Shown here piece after piece: positions 56,304-64,000 of a DNA stretch of 64,000 nucleotides (positions are counted from its first letter, which is position 1; every line of letters begins with the position of its first letter). Origin of the DNA: Desulfobacterales bacterium (lineage in GTDB: Bacteria > Desulfobacterota > Desulfobacteria > Desulfobacterales > JAAELO01); the NCBI GenBank assembly GCA_024226555.1, contig JAAELO010000457.1, positions 70,701 to 134,700 of the forward strand, written 5' to 3'. Under the pieces are notes generated by a model. The model was not told the origin of the DNA. It did no database searches and worked only from the letters and a program-made list of their open reading frames with translations. The position numbers and the translations under genes were made by a program.

Positions 56304-57671
56304 TTGGCTAAGAAAAAAGATAAAACAGTATTCTACTGTACAGACTGTGGTGGAGAGTTTCCTAAATGGATGGGTAAATGCCCCGGTTGTGGAAGTTGGG
56401 ATACCCTTGTTGAAGAAAAAAAACATACAACTTATACAAATCAAAATAGCTCTTTTTCTAAAGAACGATCAAAACCTGTTCAGATAAGTGAAATCAAAGT
56501 TTGCGAAAAAAACAGACTGAAAACTGATATTGTAGAATTTGACAGGGTTCTTGGTGGTGGACTTGTGGATGGGAGTCTGGTTCTTATAGGAGGGGACCCA
56601 GGTATTGGAAAGTCCACTCTTATGTTACAGGCACTCCATAAATTGTCCTCTAAAAACATTAAAGTTCTATATGTTTCAGGAGAGGAGTCACCAGTTCAGA
56701 TAAAACTCAGAAGTGAAAGACTGCCAGAGGAGTCTACAGATCTTCTTGTGGTTTCTGAGATCAATCTTGAAGCTATTTTGAATCTTGCAGAGACAGAAAA
56801 GCCTGGTGTTTTAGTTGTGGATTCTATTCAAACAGTTTTTAGCGGAGAGATTGGTTCTGCTCCAGGAAGTGTAAGTCAGGTTAGGGAAGCCACGATGCGC
56901 TTAATGGTAATGGCCAAAAAAACAGGGATTCCAACCCTTATTGTAGGTCATGTTACTAAAGATGGTGCTATCGCCGGACCAAAAATCATGGAACACATGG
57001 TTGATACAGTACTTTATTTTGAGGGCGATAGAAATCATATATTCAGAATACTCAGGGCCGTAAAAAACAGATTTGGCTCAACTAATGAAATTGGTGTTTT
57101 TGAAATGAGAGGAACAGGACTTTTTGAAATATCGAATCCTTCAGAGATTTTTCTTTCTGAACGTCCTGTCAATGTACCAGGTTCAATAGTAACAGCCTGT
57201 ATGGAGGGGACAAGGCCTATTCTTGTGGAAATCCAGGGCCTTGCAAGCAGCTCAAGCCTCGGAACTCCTAGAAGAACAGTTATTGGTGTGGATCATAACA
57301 GAGTATCTCTTCTTGTCGCCGTTTTAGAGAAAAAAGTGGGAATGAACCTTGCCGGCCTTGATATATTTATGAATGTTGCCGGAGGTGTTAAAATAAATGA
57401 GCCTGCTGCGGATTTGGGAATTATTACAGCCATAGCTTCAAGCTTTTTAAATAAATCTATTCCAGAGGGTATGGTTATAATAGGTGAAGTAGGACTTACC
57501 GGTGAAGTCAGAGCTGTGAGTCACATAGAAAAAAGAGTTCAGGAGATAGAGAAGATGGGATTTTCAAAATGTGTAATTCCAAAAGTTTCTCTAAAGAACC
57601 TGACTGGTAAATATAAACTTGAGATTCTAACAATAGATACTCTTGCAGAAGCATTGGAAATAATATTTTAG
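56304..57671 (+). CDS. radA: DNA repair protein RadA/Sms
   Basis: C4 zinc finger, GGDPGIGKST, KNRFG, GEVGLTGE. Confidence 0.97.
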   Translation: MAKKKDKTVFYCTDCGGEFPKWMGKCPGCGSWDTLVEEKKHTTYTNQNSSFSKERSKPVQISEIKVCEKNRLKTDIVEFDRVLGGGLVDGSLVLIGGDPGIGKSTLMLQALHKLSSKNIKVLYVSGEESPVQIKLRSERLPEESTDLLVVSEINLEAILNLAETEKPGVLVVDSIQTVFSGEIGSAPGSVSQVREATMRLMVMAKKTGIPTLIVGHVTKDGAIAGPKIMEHMVDTVLYFEGDRNHIFRILRAVKNRFGSTNEIGVFEMRGTGLFEISNPSEIFLSERPVNVPGSIVTACMEGTRPILVEIQGLASSSSLGTPRRTVIGVDHNRVSLLVAVLEKKVGMNLAGLDIFMNVAGGVKINEPAADLGIITAIASSFLNKSIPEGMVIIGEVGLTGEVRAVSHIEKRVQEIEKMGFSKCVIPKVSLKNLTGKYKLEILTIDTLAEALEIIF

Positions 57672-57673
57672 AT

Positions 57674-58279
57674 ATGGTTAAAAAAAAGAAAAACAAAAAA
57701 GGCAATTGGGAAGATCATTATACAAGGAAAGCTAAAAAAGATAACTTTCCGGCAAGATCTGTTTATAAGCTTCAGGAGATTCAGAAGAAATTTAAAATTA
57801 TAAAGAAAGGTTACAAGATATTAGATCTTGGTTGTTCTCCCGGATCATGGTTAAAATATGCTGCAGAGCTTACAACACTTTCCGGCCTTGCATATGGGAT
57901 AGATTTGAAAGAGGTGACAGAAAAAATGCCTGATCATGCAAAAACATTTGTATGTGATATTCTGGATTATGATAACGACCTTAATAAAAAAATAGGTACA
58001 GATTTTGATATTATATTAAGCGATATGGCTCCTTCAACAACAGGAAGAAAAGATATAGATGCCGCAAGATCCTACAATTTATGTGAAATGGCTCTAACCG
58101 TTTCAAATGAAAGATTGAAAGCGGGTGGGCATTTTGTTTGTAAAATTTTTCAGGGTCGAGAGTTCGAAGAGTTTGTAATTCTTGTGAAAAAATGCTTTAA
58201 GAGTTATAAAATTTTTAAACCTGAAAGTTGTAGAAAACAAAGTAAGGAAATTTATATAATAGGATTAGATAAGATATAA
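57674..58279 (+). CDS. rlmE: 23S rRNA methyltransferase RlmE
   Basis: ARSVYKL.EI, DLGCSPGSW, SDMAP, KP.S.RK.S.EIY. Confidence 0.95.
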   Translation: MVKKKKNKKGNWEDHYTRKAKKDNFPARSVYKLQEIQKKFKIIKKGYKILDLGCSPGSWLKYAAELTTLSGLAYGIDLKEVTEKMPDHAKTFVCDILDYDNDLNKKIGTDFDIILSDMAPSTTGRKDIDAARSYNLCEMALTVSNERLKAGGHFVCKIFQGREFEEFVILVKKCFKSYKIFKPESCRKQSKEIYIIGLDKI

Positions 58280-58291
58280 CGGAGGTAAGTA

Positions 58292-59038
58292 ATGTCAGGT
58301 CATAGTAAATGGTCCTCTATAAAGCATAAGAAGGGTGCGGCTGACGTAAAGCGCGGTAAGATTTTTACAAAGCTTATTAAAGAAGTTACTATTGCAGCAA
58401 GAATGGGTGGTGGAGACCCTGATGCAAATCCAAGATTGAGAACTGCCATAGCTGCGGCAAAGGCTGAAAATATGCCAAAGGATAACGTTACCCGCGCTAT
58501 AAAAAAAGGAACCGGAGAACTTGAAGGTGTAGATTACGAGGAAATTACATATGAAGGATATGGTCCTGGTGGAGCTGCAGTAATCGTTCAATCATTAACA
58601 GACAACAAAAACAGAGCTGTTGCAGATATCAGATACCTTTTTAGTAAAGCTAATGGTAACCTTGGAGCAAATGGTTGCGTTGCCTGGATGTTTGATAAAA
58701 AAGGAATTTTTATTGTCGATAAAGAATCTATTGATGAAGATTCCCTTATGGAAGTAGCCATTGATGCTGGTGCTGAAGATGTTAAAGATGAAGGGGATAC
58801 CTTTGAAGTTTTAACAGAACCTGAAGATTTCGAACCAGTTCGTGAAGCCCTTGAAAAGGCAGAAATTAAATTCCACGATGCTGAAGTTACTTTGATTCCT
58901 CAAAACCCTGTTAGTCTTAAAGGAAAAGAAGCTGAAGGTATGTTTAAGTTTATGATTGCACTTGATGATTGTGATGATGTTCAAAATTTCTATACAAATG
59001 CAGATATACCAGAAGAAATTATGAACGATTTAGCTTAA
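58292..59038 (+). CDS. yebC: YebC/PmpR family protein
   Basis: [26 protein letters not shown]. Confidence 0.96.
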   Translation: MSGHSKWSSIKHKKGAADVKRGKIFTKLIKEVTIAARMGGGDPDANPRLRTAIAAAKAENMPKDNVTRAIKKGTGELEGVDYEEITYEGYGPGGAAVIVQSLTDNKNRAVADIRYLFSKANGNLGANGCVAWMFDKKGIFIVDKESIDEDSLMEVAIDAGAEDVKDEGDTFEVLTEPEDFEPVREALEKAEIKFHDAEVTLIPQNPVSLKGKEAEGMFKFMIALDDCDDVQNFYTNADIPEEIMNDLA

Positions 59039-59063
59039 AATTTGATGGTTTTGTTCAAATATA

Positions 59064-59108
59064 AAAAACTCCTGTAAAAAATAAATTACAGGAGTTTTTC
59101 TTTTTTTT
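59064..59108. terminator. Bidirectional terminator
   Basis: AAAAACTCCTGTAA...TTACAGGAGTTTTT between convergent genes. Confidence 0.8.
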
Positions 59109-61549
59109 TATACTGTGGTTCTTCTTGTGGACCCTCTTTTTTCATCTGTCATATAAATATTCTTTGCACGTCTTTCTTTTCCATTTCTTTTTTCAAGGGC
59201 AAGTTTCAAAACGTCACTCATTCTTTCTACGAAATGAATATTCAGTGCTTTTAAAACTTTTTTAGGAATTTCATCCAGATCATTCTGGTTTGTTTTCGGC
59301 ATTATTATAACTTTAATACCACTTCTATGGGCTGCGAGAATCTTTTCCTTAACTCCTCCTACCGGAAGAACCTGCCCCCTTAAAGTTATTTCACCAGTCA
59401 TTGCAAGTTTTTTAATAACTTTTCTGTTAGTAATTAAGGATGTTAGTGCTGTTAACATTGTAACCCCAGCTGATGGTCCATCTTTTGGTATTGCCCCCTG
59501 GGGTACATGAACATGAATATCATGTTTTTTGAAATAGTCTTCAGGAATATCAAGTTCTATTGCGTGGGTTCGGATAAAAGAAAGAGCTGTTTGAACAGAT
59601 TCTTTCATCACACTTCCAAGTTGCCCGGTTAATAATAACCCCTGATTACCAGCCATAGCTGTCGCTTCAATAAAAAGAAGATCTCCTCCTGCAGGGGTCC
59701 AGGCAAGACCCATTACAACGCCAGGTATCACTATACGTTCACTCATTTCAGGTATTGCTTTAACAGGTCCAAGAAATTTTGCCACATTCATAACCTTAAT
59801 TGAGACTGATTCTTTAAGACCTTCAGCTATTTTACTGGCAACTCCTCTGCAAATAGCTGCTATTTCACGTTCAAGATTTCTCAGGCCTGCCTCTCGTGTA
59901 TATCCTGATATAATATGTTTAATAGCACCTGTTGTTATGGCAATCTGATTAGCCATTAATCCATGCGCCCTTCTCTGTCTTGGGATAAGATATTTTTTTG
60001 TTATTTTGACCTTTTCATCCTCTGTGTATCCAAGAAGTTCAATAACCTCCATTCTGTCTCTAAGAGCTGAGGGAATAGTATGTAGAACGTTTGCAGTAGT
60101 CAGAAACATTACCTCAGACAGATCAAAGGGAACGTCAAGATAATGATCAGAAAAAGAAAAATTTTGTTCAGGATCAAGGACTTCAAGAAGAGCTGACGAT
60201 GGGTCTCCCTGATATGAGTTACCAACTTTATCTATCTCATCTAAAACAAAAACAGGGTTTTTTGTTTCAGCTCTCCGTATGCCCTGAATTATTCTTCCAG
60301 GAAGAGCTCCAACATATGTTCTTCTGTGGCCTCTTATCTCTGCTTCATCCCGAACACCACCTAATGCGAGTCTTACATATTCTCTGCCGAGTGATTTTGC
60401 AATCGATTTTCCAAGTGATGTTTTTCCTGTTCCAGGAGGACCTGAAAAACAGAGTATCGGACCTTTTGAGTCTGGTTTAAGTTTTCTAACAGCAAGATAC
60501 TCAATAATTCGTTTCTTCGCCTTATCCAGACCAAAATGGTCATCATCCAGTATTTTTTTCGCATCCTTGATATTGTGTTTATCCAGGGTTTTTTTATCCC
60601 ATGGAAGAGTTGTAATCCAGTCAAGATATGTTGATGCAACTGTATATTCAGAAGATGAAGAAGGCATTCTTGATAATCTCTTAAGCTCTCTTTCAGCTTC
60701 TTTTTCAGCCTCTTTAGGAAGTTTCATCTTTGCAAGACGTTCTCTGTATTCATCAACATCGGATTCGGCATCTTCTGCTTCACCAAGTTCTTCACGAATA
60801 GCTTTAAGCTGTTCTCTAAGATAGTACTCTCTTTGTTTATTTCCAATGTCTTCCTGAACCTGACTTTGTATTTTTGTACCCATCTCAAGAACTTCAAGTT
60901 GATAATTAATCAATTTTGTAACTTTCTTTAGTCTTTTTTTTGGGTTGAAAGTTTGCAGAATTTCCTGTTTTTCCTCACAGGAACAATTAATGGTAGATGC
61001 TATCATATCTGCCAAAATCCCAGGTTCTTCAATAGTATTTGCCATTCCAGCAATTTCATCAGGAAGGGTTGGGGATAATGTTACAAGTTTGTCATATAAT
61101 TTTAATATGTTAGACATTAAAGCTTTTGTTTCTTTATCTGTCTTCACAGAGTCTTCAACCATAGTCATTTCTGTACTAAAGTAATGACTATCTGCTACAT
61201 AGTTTTCAATTTTAAAACGACTAATACCCTGAAGCATTATTTGAGTCTCTCCAGTATCAGCAGTTTCCACCTTAATGATAATAGCAACAGTCCCCACATC
61301 GTAAAGGTCTTTTACAGTATATGTATCTACAAGTTCGGATTCTTTGGCAACAAGAACGCCAAGGATACCATCTGCGTCTAAAACTTCCTTTATAAGTGCC
61401 TTTGATTCTTCTTTAACAACAAGAAGTGGCAAAACCATTTTAGGAAATAAAACCACATCGTAGAGGGGTAATATAGGGATTTTTGAAGGTACTCTTTTAG
61501 GATCAACATCAATAAACTGGTGGGTTTTCATATCACCAAATTTTGTCAT
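59108..61549 (-). CDS. lon: ATP-dependent protease La
   Basis: GPPGTGKTS, GHRRTYVGA, LDEIDK, PKDGPSAG, GGVKEK. Confidence 0.97.
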   Translation of the reverse strand: MTKFGDMKTHQFIDVDPKRVPSKIPILPLYDVVLFPKMVLPLLVVKEESKALIKEVLDADGILGVLVAKESELVDTYTVKDLYDVGTVAIIIKVETADTGETQIMLQGISRFKIENYVADSHYFSTEMTMVEDSVKTDKETKALMSNILKLYDKLVTLSPTLPDEIAGMANTIEEPGILADMIASTINCSCEEKQEILQTFNPKKRLKKVTKLINYQLEVLEMGTKIQSQVQEDIGNKQREYYLREQLKAIREELGEAEDAESDVDEYRERLAKMKLPKEAEKEAERELKRLSRMPSSSSEYTVASTYLDWITTLPWDKKTLDKHNIKDAKKILDDDHFGLDKAKKRIIEYLAVRKLKPDSKGPILCFSGPPGTGKTSLGKSIAKSLGREYVRLALGGVRDEAEIRGHRRTYVGALPGRIIQGIRRAETKNPVFVLDEIDKVGNSYQGDPSSALLEVLDPEQNFSFSDHYLDVPFDLSEVMFLTTANVLHTIPSALRDRMEVIELLGYTEDEKVKITKKYLIPRQRRAHGLMANQIAITTGAIKHIISGYTREAGLRNLEREIAAICRGVASKIAEGLKESVSIKVMNVAKFLGPVKAIPEMSERIVIPGVVMGLAWTPAGGDLLFIEATAMAGNQGLLLTGQLGSVMKESVQTALSFIRTHAIELDIPEDYFKKHDIHVHVPQGAIPKDGPSAGVTMLTALTSLITNRKVIKKLAMTGEITLRGQVLPVGGVKEKILAAHRSGIKVIIMPKTNQNDLDEIPKKVLKALNIHFVERMSDVLKLALEKRNGKERRAKNIYMTDEKRGSTRRTTV

Positions 61550-61798
61550 TGGATTAACCTCCGCTTTTCAAGGAATTCGCTAAATTATATGAACCTTAAC
61601 TTTTTTAGGTATAAATTGTAAACTGATCAGCAAAAATAATGTAAAATTTAATCAATCTTAAATAACATCTAAATTTGATTCTTCCGTGAGGAATAGAAAC
61701 AATTTGACTTTAGTAGGAAGAAATTACTGATTTGGAATGAAATAATCAGTTTTTATAAATTAACATTTTGTATTTATTTTGTAAAGAAAAGATAATAT

Positions 61799-61855
61799 GG
61801 AACTTCTAATAATTAGAATTTTGATTGGAATATAAGGATGAGAAAAAATAACGAA
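61799..61855. mobile_element. Truncated MITE (one end)
   Basis: GGAACTTCTAATAATTAGAATTTTG...AAGGATGAGAAAAAATAACGA matches the start of the 13921 copy. Confidence 0.65.
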
Positions 61856-62512
61856 CCCTTCTGGTAAATTCCTTACTATCTGTCATAAGCGTTTTCAGTT
61901 CGCTTCTTCAATGTAATCAGTTTTGTATGTCCGGTAGAGCGAAGCGAAAGCAGTTTTGATTCGACCTTGTTCAAATGTAATCGAATATTCCGATCAGGGA
62001 TCTCATTAAATATCAAAAACATGACAAAAGAAAAAAAACTATTGTAAACTAATCTATAACTCCTCTGTTGGATTCACCACTGATTGTCATTTCTGAGATG
62101 ATTTGGATTATTTTTATTTCCAAATTTGAGTCAGGAATCCATTAAGGCTTTACAATTAATGAAATGCTATCATCAAATCGGAAACTTACCTTCAAAAAAT
62201 CTTAGCAAACAAAAGGAGAGACCCTCTGCGAGAGATAAATCTAAAATAAAAATGTTTATATTTTTATGCGCCTTTTTTGAAAAATTTGATAAACAGATTA
62301 TTAAAAAATGATTGTTAATGAAAAGCAAATTTTCAAAAAAAACCATATCCAAATGAATATGTTAAAAATAAATTAATTTTTCTCTTGATATTTGTTTAAT
62401 GTTGCGGTTATTGTTTTACTGGTTGTATTAATTGTATTCGGCGAGCCAAAATGGAAGCGGTCACTTCCAAATTGACTCTGAACAGAAATCTTCTCGAACA
62501 AGGAGAAAACTA

Positions 62513-62704
62513 ATGCCTGTAATCTTTTTTACAGAAACCTATCCATTCCGTCAACGCCTCTTTCACACGCCGGGGCAGTTTTTTCACTCAAACACTATTA
62601 AATCAAGACAAAAAACACACTTGGAAACTGTTACAAATGCACCTCTGGTTTGTAAATCTGCCCTTTTTTCTGGTCTGTTTCTACTTGATTGTTGGGTGAA
62701 TTGA
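62513..62704 (+). CDS. Putative 63-aa leader ORF within the structured region
   Basis: AGGAG RBS at 62501-62505 and ATG at 62513; no recognisable domain. Confidence 0.35.
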   Translation: MPVIFFTETYPFRQRLFHTPGQFFHSNTIKSRQKTHLETVTNAPLVCKSALFSGLFLLDCWVN

Positions 62705-62916
62705 ACTGGTTCTACATGAATCTGCTTTAGTTTTTTTGCTATGGGGAAACTTAAGCTTTTTATGTCTACACAAAACAGTCATTTTTTTTGTGTAAATAAA
62801 AATTATTTCCAGGATTTTCTAAGAAATAAATAGTAACAGAAGATTTTCTTCAGTTCAGAACCAGTTTTGCGCGTGAAAGAGAGTACACTTAAACTACATA
62901 TGAAAGAGGCGTTGAC
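62550..62916 (+). ncRNA. Candidate large structured RNA (Y-shaped, two long arms)
   Basis: 16-bp perfect inverted repeat 62550-62565/62901-62916 enclosing nested inverted repeats in two arms; strand inferred from the flanking promoter and terminator. Confidence 0.5.
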
Positions 62917-62955
62917 AGGTATGGGAGAAATTGCCCCCTCCCATACCTTTTTTTT
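62917..62955 (+). terminator. Rho-independent terminator
   Basis: AGGTATGGGAG...CTCCCATACCT followed by T-tract. Confidence 0.85.
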
Positions 62956-63070
62956 CTAATAATTGTTTCTTTGTAGGAGTTTAACTACTTACCGCTTTAT
63001 TTTAAATTAATGATACTTGTAGGCTACTTGCCTGCTCCCGTTATTTGCTAAGAATAGGAGACAACTTGAA

Positions 63071-63340
63071 ATGTATGTTTATACAAAACCTGACCTGACT
63101 GCCAATATAAGTTCATTCATAAGCTGTATGAGAGTATTCGGAGGAAGTAATTACCAGTGGTATGTTGGCCTTACAAATGACCCTAAACACAGCTTTCTGA
63201 ATATACACAATGTGGATATTCAGGAAATTGGATGGATTCTTAGCGAAAGATCGAAAGTCCACCAACTTAACTTTATTAAAAGCTACCTCACTCAAATCGA
63301 CTGCCAAAACAATCCTGAACTGGATATAGGGAACCTCTAA
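63071..63340 (+). pseudogene. Paralog of 5611-5919, truncated at the C-terminus by a MITE
   Basis: WYVGLTNDPKH...WILS; the last residues GNL* are read from the MITE TIR. Confidence 0.7.
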
Positions 63341-63457
63341 TAATTAAAATTTTGGATAAAATACAAGGCATTTCAAAAAATAACGAGCCGATTTTATTAC
63401 AGATCTTTTTGGAAATAACAATGTATTTCGCCAAAAGAGAGGTTATTAGAGATTCCC
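63329..63457. mobile_element. MITE copy with non-matching flanks
   Basis: GGGAACCTCTAATAA...TTATTAGAGATTCCC; left flank TATA, right flank ACTA. Confidence 0.9.
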
Positions 63458-63601
63458 ACTAGTGTTACTGAAAAAAATAGAGCTATTTTTTATTGTCCTG
63501 GTTGTGGAAAACCACTAAATAAAGAACTAAATTGTATTAATTGTAATAAATCTATAAGTGATTTAGAGTATCAACTAATTGAATTTCATCCTCATTCTTA
63601 A
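63458..63601 (+). pseudogene. 3' fragment of a zinc-ribbon protein gene
   Basis: TSVTEKNRAIFYCPGCGKPLNKELNCINCNKSISDLEYQLIEFHPHS*, no start codon. Confidence 0.55.
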
Positions 63602-63622
63602 TAAATTGAGGAAAACAAAAAA

Positions 63623-63684
63623 AGATAACGAATAAGGATAGATCGTGTGAGTAAGCGAACCACGATCTTATCTGGTAGTTGGAC
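63623..63684 (-). other. attC-like recombination site
   Basis: Minus strand: GTCCAAC-5 bp-GATAAGAT-stem/loop-ATCTATC-7 bp-GTTATCT (R''/L''/L'/R' layout with an extra base in L''). Confidence 0.6.
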
Positions 63685-63867
63685 AAGCCATCTTTATATA
63701 GGAAAATATATTTTTGAGATCAGGGGTGGCAAGTAAGACTTTTTAAGTTTATCTTTTGTTTAAACGCAGTATTCCATCAACTTTTTTACAGGTTCAAATT
63801 ACTCATATTTTTTCATAAAGATAAATCCTCCTAAATATAATTATACAAGCTATTGCCAGTGAGTTTA

Positions 63868-64000
63868 TTAACCGGATTTACATCTGTTCAAAAGTACTCC
63901 AACTATGATCATATCAGCATTACAATTACTACATTTGAACACAGGTCTTGGACGTTTTATTTCTATAATGTGAACATGAAGTATTAACTGAACAAGGTAT
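63868..64000 (-). mobile_element. C-terminus of a probable IS91-family transposase (runs off the window)
   Basis: YLVQLILHVHIIEIKRPRPVFKCSNCNADMIIVG...* with a C-terminal CxxC..M; TTTCCTATA oriIS-like motif downstream at 63697-63705. Confidence 0.55.

Noticed and set aside
62126-62311. 61-aa ORF
   Set aside because: TTG start, no RBS, low-complexity AT-rich sequence, no recognisable motif
62550-62916. Retron msr-msd or IscB omega-RNA assignment
   Set aside because: No reverse transcriptase, IscB or TnpB is adjacent in the window, and the size is larger than a typical retron ncRNA; left unassigned

Overview
AT-rich bacterial chromosomal segment. Gene content (aldehyde:ferredoxin oxidoreductase, bacteriohemerythrin, IcmF, hybrid CheA, monomeric IDH) fits an anaerobic deltaproteobacterium, probably Desulfobacterales (inference). 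Housekeeping and metabolic genes include acnA-icd behind a sigma-54 promoter, icmF, PBP1A, cheAWBR, tRNA-Arg(CCT), mltD, rnhB, radA-rlmE-yebC and lon. Accessory loci include a four-gene aminoethylphosphonate (phosphonolipid) operon and a macrodomain-DUF4291-KptA ADP-ribose operon. A ~130-bp palindromic MITE family with 4-bp target duplications occurs more than 12 times, including nested, cargo-carrying and gene-disrupting copies. The last 2.2 kb holds the least explained structures: a ~370-nt highly base-paired region with a leader ORF and competing terminator/antiterminator pairings upstream of a small GIY-YIG-like gene, and the end of an IS91-like element abutting an attC-like site. All assignments come from reading motifs by eye; no searches or folding programs were run.
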